From positions 138,012,001-138,076,000 of the forward strand of contig NC_091291.1 of the NCBI RefSeq assembly GCF_032444005.1: 64,000 bases of DNA, in the 5' to 3' direction. The DNA comes from Ranitomeya imitator. Lineage: Eukaryota. Each line of letters begins with the position of its first letter. Position 1 is the first letter of the stretch. Below, piece after piece: positions 1 to 12,600 of the stretch. A model generated the notes under the pieces. It was not told where the DNA came from. It was given only the letters and a program-made list of their open reading frames with translations, and made no database searches. The translations under genes were made by a program, and so were the position numbers.

Positions 1-479
1 TGCAAGGATTGACCTCAACCCCAAAATCCCATTAGCCCAATTTCCACTGCACCAGGAAAATCGGGAAGAGCCGAAGTTAAGGGACAAAATTTGCGCACCT
101 AATGTATGGCCCTTCCCAACCTATTATCAGCCCGTAGCTGTCTGCTTTCCTTAGCTGGTTATTAAAAAAAAAAAAGAGGGGGACCTCATGTAATTTTTTT
201 TAAATTATTAATTTTACATTGTCCCTACGCTAATCAGAGCAAAAAGGCGGCCTCATCCGAGATCCGGTGTTTATACAGACTGGTCACGTGTTACACTGGC
301 TCATCACAGCCATGTCAGTACTTGGCTCTGCAAGTGCCCACTGCCTAAAAGCTTCATCCACTGCTGAACTCGAACAGTAAAATGGAGATCTGTGAAAAAG
401 TCCGTATTTGGAATTCCGTACCAGACACTAGATATCTGTATGAACCCCAAACTTTACAGTTCGTGTTCACTCATCCCTA

Positions 480-695
480 CTAATGACCACAGCCGCAGAG
501 CCGGCACTGCATCAGGGCCGGGGTGCAGAGGTAATGACCACAGCCGCAGAGCCGGCACTGCAACAGGGCCGGGGAGCAGAGGTAATGACCACAGCCGGGG
601 ACTACATCCCTACTAATGACCACAGCCGCAGAGCCGACACTAAATCAGGGCCAGGGAGCAGAGGTAATGACCACAGCCTCAGAGCTGACACTACA
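480..695. repeat. 51-bp minisatellite, left block (unit ~GAGGTAATGACCACAGCCGCAGAGCCGACACTACATCAGGGCCGGGGTGCA)
   Basis: Tandem units are visible and translate as the 17-aa repeat MTTAAEPTLHQGRGAEV. The same array resumes at 6980 and 15685. Confidence 0.95.
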
Positions 696-1348
696 TGTCA
701 CGCCGTGAGCGGCGATAAAGGGGCAGGACAGCGTACTGGGACCCGAACCTGTCCCTACCACTAAAATGGGGCCCTGGCTTTCCCTTATCTCAGGGGTACC
801 TATGATGGTTAAGAGACCTGAGCCGCCAACGTATCCCTGTCTCCTGAGCAGGCCCTATCAGTGGCGCCCTCTCCCCCCAAAGGAGGTGGACTGCACCAGT
901 GTAATAATACAACAAATAACAGGGTATACAGACAAGGTAACTAAAAGTCTCAAACTCACCAAATGCTCACACAACCACAGAGGGTACACATAGAAGGGAA
1001 GAGAAGGAGAAAGCTAGGAAGGAAAACAGGTTTAACATGCAACCAAAACAGCAGACACCAATCTCTAAATAAACCTCCAACACTAAGCTCCTTCAACCTC
1101 CAAGCCAGGCAGTAGAACTGATCACTGACAATAGCTGAAGTCAGGACTGGGTCTATATACAGGATCAGATTACAAAATCCACTTCAGCTGAGAGAGATCC
1201 AGCTCTCAGCAATAAGGTTAACTCCTGCACTGCTGGCACAAAGCAGCCAGGTCAGAATATAGGTGAAGAGCTTCTGTTCACTGTGTGTGAACGAGGCCCA
1301 GAGCGCTGCGGTTCTCTGGAACCTCTCTGTCGCGGTAGCCCCGTGACA
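696..1348 (-). repeat. 3' LTR of the Gypsy element (653 bp)
   Basis: Direct repeat of 6313-6979 with scattered substitutions and small indels; TGTCAC...GTGACA termini. Confidence 0.95.
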
Positions 1349-1349
1349 G

Positions 1350-4300
1350 TAACCCCTTCTACGAGGGACCTCTGGAACCTCAGGACCAGGTTTCTCAGGA
1401 TGAGCTGTATGAAATGCCCGAACCAACCTAACCGCATGGACATCGGCAGCAGGTACCCACGTCCTCTCCTCAGGACCCTACCCTCTCCAGTGTACCAGAT
1501 ATTGTAGGGATAGACTAAACGAGAATCCATAACCTTGGAAATCTGGAACTCGAGATTTCCATCAACAAGGACCGGAGATGGAGGTGAAGGGGACTGATTG
1601 GATGATGCCACAACCTTTCTGAGTAAGGAGCGATGAAAAACATGGATCTTAAATGACTGAGGCAAAGCCAGCCGAAAAGCAACAGAATTCACGACGGCCA
1701 CAATCCTATAAGGGCCAATGAACCTAGGGCCCAATTTCCACGAGGGAACTCTCAGCTTAATATTTTTTGAGGACAACCAAACCCAATCACCCAACCACAG
1801 GTGCGGACCTTCCACACGTCTCCGATCAGCTGCATTCTTATATCTGGAACCCATCCTCTTTAATTTATCAAGAACCCCTTGCCAAACGGACGTGATGGAT
1901 GAAGAAAACCTCTCCTCTTCAGGAACACCTGAGGAATCCCTCCTATTGAATGAACTAGATTGAGGATGAAAACCATATGCCCCGAAAAATGGGGACTTAC
2001 CAGTAGACTCATGAGTACGATTGTTTATAGAAAATTCAGCTAGCGGTAAGTGTTTAACCCAGTCCTCTTGATTCTCTGAGATGAAACACCTGAGATAAGT
2101 CTCAAGATTTTGATTTACGCGTTCAGTCTGACCATTGGATTGAGGATGAAAAGCTGAAGAAAACGACAAATGAGTCCCCAGCCGGCTGCAGAAAGCCCTC
2201 CAAAACTTAGAAATAAACTGCACCCCCTGGTCTGAGACAATATCTGAAGGAACACCATGCAGTCTCACAACCTCCTTAATAAAGACCTGTGCCAGAGTCT
2301 TAGCATTTGGTAATGCGGGGAGCGCAATAAAATGAGACCTCTTGCTAAATCTATCAACTACGACTAAAATAACTGTATTACCCTCCGAAACCGGTAAGTC
2401 AGTGATGAAATCTATTGACAAATGAGTTCAAGGTCTATTGGGAATCTCCAAAGGTTGAAGAGACCCAGACGGGCGAGAACGAGAGGACTTGGAACGCGCA
2501 CACACACTGCAGGCAGCGACATATTCCTGTACATCATGTCTTACCCCAGACCACCAAAAACGCAGAGCGAGTAGGTCCGCGGTAACCTTACTTCCAGGGT
2601 GTCCGGCCAGAACCGAGTCATGATGCTCATTTATGACCCTGTGATGGAGATTAGCTGGAACAAAAAGTTTACGGACAGGCTGCTGGGGCGTCCCCCTGTG
2701 CCTCTACCACCTCTTTCTGAAGATCAGAATTAATTGCGGCGACTACTACACCCTTCTTCAGTATAGGACCTGGTTCACAATTATCCCCATCCCCCGGGAA
2801 ATAACGGGATAACGCATCAGCCTTGACATTCTTATTTCCTAGCCGGTGCGTAATGTAGAAATTGAACCTGGTGAAGAACAGAGACCACCTTGCCTGCCTA
2901 GGTGTAAGACGCTTTGCAGATTCTAAGTACAACAGAATTTTGTGATCTGTGATCACTATGACTGGGTGAAGTGCTCCCTCCAAAAAATGGCGCCATTCCT
3001 CAAATGCCCATTTAATTGCCAACAGCTCCCTGTTACCAATGTCATAATTCTTCTCCGTAGGAGATACTTTTCTCGAGAAAAATGCACACGGACGCCACTT
3101 ACTCGGAGAAATCCCCTGAGACAATACAGCTCCCACCCCTACCTCAGAGGCATCCACTTCTACCACAAATGGCTGAGTGATGTCAGGCTGTATTAATATG
3201 GGTGCAGTGGAAAAACACTTTTTTAAAGTTTCAAAAGCTTTACTGGCCGCACTGGACCATACGGAGAAATCCGTGCCCCTCTTGGTCATGTCAATGGTTT
3301 GGCTACCACTGAAAAGTCTTTAATAAATTTGCGATAGAAATTTGCAAAACCTAAAAACCTCTGTAAAGCCTTAAGGTCCTCAGGACGATCCCACTCCAAA
3401 ACCGCCCTGACCTTAGCCGGATCCATACGAAAACCTGTGGAGGATAAGAAATAACCCAGAAACGGAATCTCTTTGACCGCGAACATGCATTTCTCAAGTT
3501 TGGCAAACAGTTTATTGTCCCTGAGTACCTGAAGGACCTGCCGTACATGATCCTGATGAGACTCGAGGTCAGGGGAATAAATTAAAATGTCATCGAGATA
3601 TACCACCACAAACCTACCTATTAAGTGACTAAGTATATCATTGACAAAGTGTTGAAACACAGCAGGAGCATTACTTGACCCAAAAGGCATAACCAAGTTC
3701 TCGTAATATCCCTCTGGAGTATTAAACGCCGTCTTCCATTCATCCCCTTCCTTCATCCAAATGAGATTATATGCCCCCCTGAGGTCTAATTTGGAGAACC
3801 ATTTAGCCCCCACAATTTGATTAAAGAGGTCCGGAATAAGAGGGAGCGGGAAAGAATCCCGGACCGTAATTTGAATCAATTCACGGAAGTCTAAGCATGG
3901 GCGTAACCCCCCGTCCTTCTTTACAAAGAAGAACCCAGCAGCAATGGGTGATGACGAGGGTCTGGATATGACCCTTGGCCAGACTCTCCGTGATATAGTC
4001 CTTCATGGCCTGTCTCTCTGGGGCTGAGATGTTGTATAGCCTACTTTTAGGCAATTTAGCACCAGGAATGAGATGTATGGCGCAATCATAAGGACGGTGT
4101 GGAGGTAGCTCTCGACTCCCCTCCTCAGAGAATACATCCTCAAAATCTGAGCTGAACTCTGGCAAAACCTGAGAACTCAACCCGGCCAGCCGAGTGCCCA
4201 GGCAATGTCCCTGACAAAACTCACTCCATCTAGTAATCTCCCGAGTCTGCCAGTCTAACACCGGGTTGTGTAACGTGAGCCATGGTAAACCGAGAACTAC

Positions 4301-4645
4301 AGGCGACGGCAAACCCCCCAACACAAAACAATCTATTGACTCAGAGTGCAATTCCCCTATTTGTAGGCTCACCCCATGGACGATCTGAGTGAAAGTCCCC
4401 TGGCTCAAAGGTGCGGAATCAATGGCAATTATAGGTATGGGTCTAGACAACTCTTGAGTCTTAGGCCCATGTGCCTGAACAAACCCAGCATCAATTAAAT
4501 TAAACCCTCCCCCAGAGTCCAGAAAGGCAGAGATATTGAACCTATTTTCACCAAGACGAATCTCGGCTGGTAGGAAAAATTGTGGTTTACCTAAGGAAGA
4601 AACTAGTACACCTGAGTTGCCAACCTCCCCGCAACCCGGGCTCAA
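1350..4645 (-). pseudogene. pol: Gypsy pol: aspartic protease, RT, RNase H, integrase with GPY/F motif and partial chromodomain; frameshifted
   Basis: FLDSGG protease motif (3881-4645), [11 protein letters not shown] (3286-3879), [11 protein letters not shown]...DALSR RNase H (2669-3289), DFITDLP/SDQGVQF/ERVNQNLE integrase and GPRFIGPY (1252-2421). Domains are split over several frames. Confidence 0.93.
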
Positions 4646-6277
4646 TAGTTTTCCGGCGGGTGTCTTCTAGAAGGACACACATTCACATAATGACCCCTTC
4701 TGCCACAAAAAAAACGTGCACCTTCCTTACGCCGTACTACTGCAGCCCCCTTAGAACGAGAAGCGCCACCCAACTGCATAGGTTCTCCTAGAGCCTCAGA
4801 TTCTGGTGAGTCCAAATCTGAATTACCCTTGAATAGCGGCGATTCATTAAGTCTCTGGCGCAGGCGGCGGTCCACACGGATCGCAAGAGACATAGCTGCC
4901 TCCAGTGTGGTTGGTGTCTCCTGTAGAGCGAAGTCATCTTTTACTTTATCAGATAGGCCCTGATAAAATTGACTGCGGAGTGCAGGGTCATTCCACATTG
5001 TGTCAGTAGCCCATCTCCGAAACTCAGAGCAGTACTCCTCTACTGGCCGGTCTCCCTGTATAAGATGGCTTATTGTGGACTCAGCGAGGGAGACTGTTAT
5101 GGACCTGGTGGTTAGGAGCACCCGGAACGACCTGATGGTTAAACTCACACAGGACAAGCTCTGGGTAGTGGGAGCTCTGCTGACCGCAACCCCTAATCCT
5201 ATCACACAACTAGAAATAGCCGTGGAGCGTACCTAACTCTACCTAGACGCCTCTTCACAGCCTAAGAGCTAACTAGCCCTAGAGATAGAAAATAAAGCCT
5301 ACCTTGCCTCAGAGAAATTCCCCAAAGGAAAAGGCAGCCCCCCACATATATTGACTGTGAGTAAAGATGAAAGTCACAAACACAGAAATGAAACAGGTTT
5401 CAGCAAAGGGAGGCCAGACTTACTAAACAGACTGAGGATAGGAAAGGTATCTTTGCGGTCAGCACAAAAAACTGCAAAAAGACCACGCAGAGTGTGCAAA
5501 AAGACCTCCGCACCGACTCACGGTGCGGAGGTGCCACTCTGCATCTTAGAGCTTCCAGCTAGCAAAGCAAAATCATGATAGCAGGCTGGACAAGGAAACA
5601 ATGAACAAATAATTAACTAGCAGGGACTTAGCTTCTGCTGGAGTAGACAGGTCACCAGAAAGATCCAAGAGCGAACAGAACCAGTACAAGAACATTGACA
5701 GCTGGCATGGAGTAACGATCAGAGTGGAGTTAAATAGAGCAGCTAGCCTAAGACTAAACTAGGTCACCTGTGGAAGGAACCTCAGAACCAGCAGCTCCAC
5801 TCACAGCCACCAGAGGGAGTCCATGAACAGAACTCGCCGAAGTACCATTCATGACCACAGGAGGGAGTTCGATAACAGAATTCACAACAGGAGACGCGGT
5901 CAGGATCATACACTTGACCTAAGGCTCGAAAAAACTCCTCCACGGTCCGTAACGGCAAAGCGTCAGCGGGAAGTGAAAATGCCCAGGCCTGAGGGTCACC
6001 TTGTAGGAGCGATACTACAATTCCAACCCTCTGCTCCTCTGAACCTGAAGTGTGAGGACGCAACCTAAAATACAATTTACAGGCCTCCCTGAATGTAACA
6101 AATTTGTCACGCCCCCCTGAAAACCTGTCAGGTAATGCAATTTTAGGTTCCAGCAAAGCTTGTGGAGGTGTAGCAACCCCTGCAGTGGCCACTGGAGTGC
6201 ACTGTCCAACCGCCGAGCGGAGGTCAGCCACCTCTAGACTGAGTTGCTGCATTTGTCCAGCTAAAGCAGCAATCCAT
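4642..6277 (-). pseudogene. gag: Gypsy gag, interrupted by a solo LTR
   Basis: EPKIALPDRFSGGRDKF...QVYDPDRVS, then after the insert LIQGDRPVEEYCSEFRR...EPMQLG and a decayed CCHC knuckle (RFFCGRRGHYVNVC). Confidence 0.9.
5095..5889 (-). mobile_element. Solo LTR of a second LTR family, inserted in gag
   Basis: TGTTATGG...CACAACA termini, 6-bp TSD GGAGAC (5089-5094, 5890-5895). Its ends are the reverse complement of the ends of 44138-44715. Confidence 0.9.
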
Positions 6278-6312
6278 ATTGGACCAAGAAAAATTTTCAA
6301 GGTCAGTGATAC

Positions 6313-6979
6313 TGTCACGCTGTAAGCGGCGATAAAGGGGGAGGACAGCGTACTGGGACCCACACCTGTCCCTACCACTATAATGGGGCCCTGGCTTTCC
6401 CTTATCTCAGGGGTACCTATGATGGTTAGGAGACCTGAGCCGCCAGCGTATCCCTGTCTCCTGAGCAGGCCCTATCAGTGGCCCCCTCTCCCCCAAAGGA
6501 GGTGGACTGCACCAGTGTAATAATACAACAAATAACAGGGTATACAGATAAGGTAACTAAAAGTCTCAAACTCACCAAATGCTCACACAACCACAGAGGG
6601 TACACATAGAAGGGAAGAGAAGGAGAAAACTAGGAAGGAAAACAGGTTTAACATGCAACCAAAACAGCAGACACCAATCTCTGTAAATAAACCTCCAACA
6701 CCAACACTACGCTCCTTCAACCTCCAAGCCAGGCAGTAGAACTGATCACTGACAATAGCTGAAGTCAGGACTGGGTCTATATAGAGGATCAGATTACAAA
6801 ATCCACTTCAGCTGAGAGAGACCCAGCTCTCTCAACTCAGCAATAAGGTTAACTCCTGCACTGCTGGCACAAAGCAGCCAGGTCAGAATACAGGTGAAGA
6901 GCTTCTGTTCACTGTGTGTGAACGAGGCCCAGAGCGCTGCGGTTCTCTGGAACCTCTCTGTCGCGGTAGCCCCATGACA
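6313..6979 (-). repeat. 5' LTR of the Gypsy element (667 bp), TATA box at 6778-6783
   Basis: Direct repeat of 696-1348; lies upstream of gag on the minus strand. Confidence 0.95.
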
Positions 6980-7230
6980 CTACATCAGGGCCAGGGAGCA
7001 GAGGTAATGACCACAGCCGCAAAGCCGACACTACATCAGGGTCGGGGAGCAGAGGTAATGACCACAGCCGCAGAGCCGACACTACATCAGGGCCGGGGAG
7101 CAGAGGTAATGACCACAGCCACAGAGCCGACACTGCATCAGGGCCAGGGAGCAGAGGTAATGACCACAGCCGCAGAGCCGACACTACATCAGGGCCGGGG
7201 TGCAGAGGTAATGACCACAGCTGCAGAGCC
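6980..7230. repeat. 51-bp minisatellite, middle block
   Basis: About 5 units between the Gypsy and Penelope insertions. Confidence 0.95.
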
Positions 7231-8733
7231 AAGGTAAGAAAATGACAGCGCTCCATCCAGGTGTAATCCAAATAAGCAAATTTATTCAAGCCATCAAACA
7301 GCAACGTTTCGACCCTGAGGGTCTTTATCAAGCATACCCTGCAGTGCACACGTCCGGCTATAAATAGCATATGTGCCACACAGGGCACCAATCACTAGCA
7401 AGCCGCCCACCACCACATAATTAACATCTTACAAAAGTTAAAACAAACATCAAACATATACCTATTAAAAATCTCCCAGCCCTAGTATTGAACATGTATA
7501 CATAAGGTAAATATTCCCCACTATTATATATAAATGCGCCATAAATCGTAGAGACTCCAGCTGTCAAGATCAGGTGACGCGGTCATCATGGCTATATCCT
7601 CCAATCGTCTCTCCTCCACATGGAAATGTAAACACCACGCTGCCAATCAATCCCAGGCTTTCATATGCGTCATGGAACATACCGACGCAATCAGAAGACT
7701 CCCTTATCCGGAAGTATCTTCGCAACCAGTTGGAGGACCTGTAACAAAAAACAGTGCACCCCTAGGTCATAACTAAGACGCCTCTAGCCACCAACTACAA
7801 CGATCGGAGAGCGCAGGCGCATCACCGCTCAGGCCAGCCCCCCACATGTGACCACGTCGGGGACCAATCAAGAGCAGAGAGCGTCACACGCCCACCTCAC
7901 GAAGAGTACGGGGCCGAGCAGAAGCATTGCCAGGACAACCGCAATGCTAGCACCATGTTACTCGTGCGTCCAACAACCAGCTAAACCCGGCGATGCAGCG
8001 ACGAGGCAGCGCACACGGATCACCGCCTAGATCAGAACTCCACATGAAACCGAGTGGGGAACCAATCAAAAGCAGAGCCCGCGATGCACCCACCTCGCGC
8101 GGCGCACAGGATAAACAGCAGCGTTGCCAGGTCAACCACAACCTCGGCATTATGCGTACAGCGCCGGAATCCTCCAACCAGGTGATCCATGCAGAAGTAT
8201 CTGGGAATCTCGGCGACCAATCCAGCTATTTGTATATGGATACAAAAAGGGGGGCATAAAGATGCAGGGGAAAGATACAACATATAGATAATAAATGAGT
8301 ACCATCAATTCCACCGTATCTCACAACCCCATCACCATATTAGCTACCCCCATTTTCTTCCCCCCGGAGACCCAAACCAGAAGAATCACAAAATCTAACA
8401 ACAAACCTACTATTAGTATTAATACAAATGTAGAAAAACAGTCGACTAGCATACTGTCACCAATGTGCAACAGTCGAAGGGCACAGGGAAGGGAACCCAA
8501 TGTGGTCTCACATCACAGGTAAAATAGAAGTACACGAAATATCCCATCCTATTGACCGTCGACTAGCAGAATTCACCTAAGCACATAAAGAAAAACAATG
8601 GAACAAAAGAAAAAAATCAGGGAATATGAAACACACAATACATCACATGACCTAACTAGGCGACGGAGATATTAAAAACAGATACCGACGATAATAAGCC
8701 CACAATCCTACCGAACACAAGCATGTAAATTAA

Positions 8734-9178
8734 AGGGAACCTGTCACCCCGTTTTTTCAGATTGAGCTATAAATACTGTTAAATAGGGCCTGCACTGTGC
8801 GTTACTATAGTGTATGTAGTGTACCCTGATTCCCCACCTATGCTGAGAAATACATTACCAAAGTCGCCGTTTTCGCCTGTCAATCAGGCTGGTCAGGTCG
8901 GGTGGGCGTGTTCACAGCGCTCTTTTCTTCCCCAGCTTTCCGTTGGTGGCGTAGTGGTGTGCGCATGTCCAAGTTCCGAATTCCCTGCGCCCACGTGAAG
9001 ACAGCGCGCGATCTGCGCTGTCATCCCTTTCATCGGTGGGGGCGGCCATCTTCCTGGGGCCGCGCGTGCGCAGATAGAGTGCTCTGCTGCACGGGGCTTC
9101 AGGAAAATGGCTGCGGGATGCTGCGCGTGCACACAAGAGATCGCGGCGGCCATTTTCCCAAAGCCGAGTTTGCATCTA
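8734..9178. mobile_element. Truncated TTAA-targeting MITE (T2/Kolobok-like) inside the PLE
   Basis: TTAA|AGGGAACCTGTCA terminus at a TTAA of the PLE. The right end and ~950 bp of PLE (present in the other arm) are missing. Confidence 0.65.
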
Positions 9179-9187
9179 AAAATGTGT

Positions 9188-10490
9188 CTAAAAATTGTCT
9201 AAAAATTGTATCTGTGTCGTAGAATGAGTCAGAGCGAATTGTAGTTCAGGGTATATTTGGTTCAAAGCCACATGGAAGGCCTCTAACTCCACGGAGGCAC
9301 CCTCCCATACCACAAAAATATCAATGTATCGCCACCAGGCTCTGACGTGGCGCCAGAGGCTTGATTGGTACACGAACCCATCCTCCAGTACCGCCATATA
9401 GATATTTGCATAGGTAGGGGCCACATTGGACCCCATGGCGGTACCTCTCAATTGCAAGAAAAACTCATCCCCAAACAGAAAAAAATTCCGCCTGAGGATG
9501 AATTCAAGCAATGTGAGGATGAGTCGTGCACTCTCCGGGGCCACGTCAGAGCCCGATAGCATACATGAGACCGCTTCAAGCCCTTTATCATGTTCAATGG
9601 AGGTATATAAAGATACCACATCAAATGAAGCCAAAATGGTGGACTCAGAAATAATAACATTTTCAATCTTATTTAGAAAGTCCCCCGTGTCCCGGATATA
9701 GGACTTTGCTGATGTAGCGTACGATCTCAATACACGGTCCAAAAAGATTGCAACATTATTAAAGAGGGAGCCCCTCCCCGACACGATAGGTCGCCCCGGG
9801 GGATTGTAAAGATCTTTATGTATTTTTGGTAATACATATAGTACCGGGACTACCGGAGCCTCAATCATCAAAAAATCAGCCAGCTTGTGGTCAATGAGTC
9901 CCATGTCAAGGGAGTCACTGACCACAAGCTGTAATTCCCTCTGAAACTGGAGAGTTGGGTTACATGGCAGTTTCTCATAGACCGCCCCATCGTCCAATTG
10001 TCTCAAGATTTCTGCCCTATATTTGGCACTATCCATGACCACCACCGCCCCACCTTTATCAGCTGGTTTAATTGTTATTAGAGTATTATCAGCCAGAGCC
10101 TTTAGTGTGTTTCTTTCAACCAATGTCAAATTCTGAGCTGTGGTAGATTTAAAGTCCTTCTTCAATTTTTCAATATCCCTACGTACCAATTCAACATAAG
10201 ACTCCACAAAATGATTTCTATTAGGTGGTTGAAAATTGCTTTTACAATATAGGCCCACCCCTTTCAGAGTAAAGCCATTCTCAATATTGTCTGTAGCGGT
10301 ACTAGGGAGTTCAGGACTTTCTATTTTTTCAGAAAAAAAAGGTAGATAGTCTTAGTCTTCTGAAAAACGCTGGTAAATCTACCTCCAGTGAAAACCAGTC
10401 AGGGTTATATGAGGGGCAAAATGATAACCCTTTGGACAGTACCTTAATCTCAACATCAGATAAAGCAATAGACGAAATATTCACCACCAA
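9188..10490 (-). pseudogene. PLE reverse transcriptase, N-terminal part and core
   Basis: LVVNISS...VLSKGLSFCP (~10400-10490), IKPADKGGAVVV, YVLPKIHK, PGRPIVSG, SFDVVSLYTSI, GTAMGSNVAPTYANIYM, WRYIDIF (YIDD decayed). Confidence 0.9.
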
Positions 10491-10504
10491 CTTCTTACTG
10501 TCAC

Positions 10505-11452
10505 TCAGTTGTCCTTCATGTTCCTTGTTCTCATTGTGGCATTCCGTCCAGGTCGTTGCTCCCGAGATGTCCCTCCACTTCTTATGTTTACGGCCCCCTC
10601 TCCGACCGCGTCTCCGGGGGTGGTTTTGTCCACCTTCTCTTTGGATAAAAAATGCTGACGCTGTTGTGTCTGCTTGGACGCTCCAACATTCGAGTCATCC
10701 GTTGATTCTGAGTCGGCAGTAGTGAAACCAAAATTAGTCTGTTTTCTTACTTGTGGTCTTCTACGCCTCCTGGTTCCATTAGTCCTCTTGTTGCCATTAT
10801 TTGAATACTGGCCCGGTCCCATCTGCCACGAGAAGACACGGCCCACCTTGTAATCGTCCACATCCCGGAACCATTTGGTTCTTTTAGTGGTCTCTATATC
10901 ATTCCTGAACTTCATCAGGTTCTCCTCCATTTTAGTCTTAAGGGGGCCCCAATCTTGAACTGACAGCTGGGCCTTCACCTGCTCCTCCAGTTCCGTGATA
11001 CTCTTCTTCATGATAATCATTTCTGCCTTCAAAAATTCAATGTTTAACAACATGACATCAAAAGCATACTTGTTGGTTATCGATTCAAATTTCATACAGA
11101 ACTGGATATTTTCCGGTAGCAGAGTAGGTCTAAGATGTGGCCGCAGCCCCCGTGGGATCCTCCGTGCTTTAAAATACTCAGTCAGAGTTATGACATGCAA
11201 TTCAAAGGAAATCAATCTCCTCCTCTCGTTTTCCAATTTTCTCCTCAACATTTCAATAGTGGGTTTGCTGAGAAATCCAGTATCAGTACTTGCGCCAGCC
11301 AAAATACAAGCCGCATCGTCATCGGTATATGAGAAGGTAATGGCATTCTCCAATTCACCCACCTCTGGAGTCATAGATCCTTCCGCCATAGCGGTGCAGT
11401 GCAGGTCAACCAGGTTCCAACAGTCCAAAGCAAACAAGATGGTTAACCGCAC
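10505..11452 (-). CDS. PLE N-terminal ORF (315 aa, coiled-coil and basic), upstream of RT
   Basis: Open frame with HVITLTEYFKARRIPRGLR and KRTKWFRDVDDYKVGRVFSW, resembling N-terminal regions of vertebrate PLE proteins as I recall them. It lies inside the TSD-bounded element. Confidence 0.7.
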   Translation of the reverse strand: MRLTILFALDCWNLVDLHCTAMAEGSMTPEVGELENAITFSYTDDDAACILAGASTDTGFLSKPTIEMLRRKLENERRRLISFELHVITLTEYFKARRIPRGLRPHLRPTLLPENIQFCMKFESITNKYAFDVMLLNIEFLKAEMIIMKKSITELEEQVKAQLSVQDWGPLKTKMEENLMKFRNDIETTKRTKWFRDVDDYKVGRVFSWQMGPGQYSNNGNKRTNGTRRRRRPQVRKQTNFGFTTADSESTDDSNVGASKQTQQRQHFLSKEKVDKTTPGDAVGEGAVNIRSGGTSREQRPGRNATMRTRNMKDN

Positions 11453-12600
11453 TTCACAAGCCGGAGCGCCCGTCCAGGTCCAGGGAACCCACTAGGACCG
11501 TCGAAGGCTCAAGGTAAGAAAATGACAGCGCTCCATCCAGGTGTAATCCAAATAAGCAAATTTATTCAAGCCATCAAACAGCAAACAGCAACGTTTCGAC
11601 CCTGAGGGTCTTTATCAAGCATACCCTGCAGTGCACAGGTCCGGCTATAAATAGCATATGTGCCACACAGGGCACCAATCACTAGCAAGCCGCCCACCAC
11701 CACATAATTAACATCTTACAAAAGTTAAAACAAACATCAAACATATACCTATTAAAAATCTCCCAGCCCTAGTATTGAACATGTATACATAAGGTAAATA
11801 TTCCCCACTATTATATATAAATGCGCCATAAATCGTAGAGACTCCAGCTGTCAAGATCAGGTGACGCGGTCATCATGGCTATATCCTCCAATCGTCTCTC
11901 CTCCACATGGAAATGTAAACACCACGCTGCCAATCAATCCCAGGCTTTCATATGCGTCATGGAACATACCGACGCAATCAGAAGACTCCCTTATCCGGAA
12001 GTATCTTCGCAACCAGTTGGAGGACCTGTAACAAAAAACAGTGCACCCCTAGGTCATAACTAAGACCCCTCTAGCCACCAACTACAACGATCGGAGAGCG
12101 CAGGCGCATCACCGCTCAGGTCAGCCCCCCACACGTGACCACGTCGGGAACCAATCAAGAGCAGAGAGCATCACACGCCCACCTCACGAAGAGTACGGGG
12201 CCGAGCAGAAGCGTTGCCAGGACAACCGCAACGCTAGCACCATGTTACTCGTGCGTCCAACAACCAGCTAAACCCGGCGATGCAGCGACGAGGGAGCGCA
12301 CACGGATCACCGCCTAGATCAGAACCCCACATGAAACCGAGCGGGGAACCAATCAAAAGCAGAGCCCGCGACGCACCCACCTCGCGCGGCGCACAGGATA
12401 AACAGCAGCGTTGCCAGGTCAACCACAACCTCGGCATTATGCGTACAGCGCCGGAATCCTCCAACCAGGTGATCCATGCAGAAGTATCTGGGAATCTCGG
12501 CGACCAATCCAGCTATTTGTATATGGATACAAAAAGGGGGGCATAAAGATGCAGGGGAAAGATACAACATATAGATAATAAATGAGTACCATCAATTCCT

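Larger units (their letters stand above)
696..6979 (-). mobile_element. Ty3/Gypsy LTR retrotransposon, chromovirus (Tf1/sushi-like), decayed
   Basis: TG...CA LTRs at 696-1348 and 6313-6979. 5-bp TSD CTACA at 691-695 and 6980-6984. Purine tract next to the 3' LTR (~1349-1360). Domain order gag-PR-RT-RH-IN-chromodomain on the minus strand. Confidence 0.95.

Noticed and set aside
1-479. Possible CLCN6 terminal exon expected from synteny
   Set aside because: No chloride-channel or CBS-domain coding sequence was recognised here or at 19730-20600.
7588-8522. Short ORFs repeated at 7588-8522, 11875-12570 and 14000-15235
   Set aside because: They are chance frames in the three copies of the PLE terminal region.
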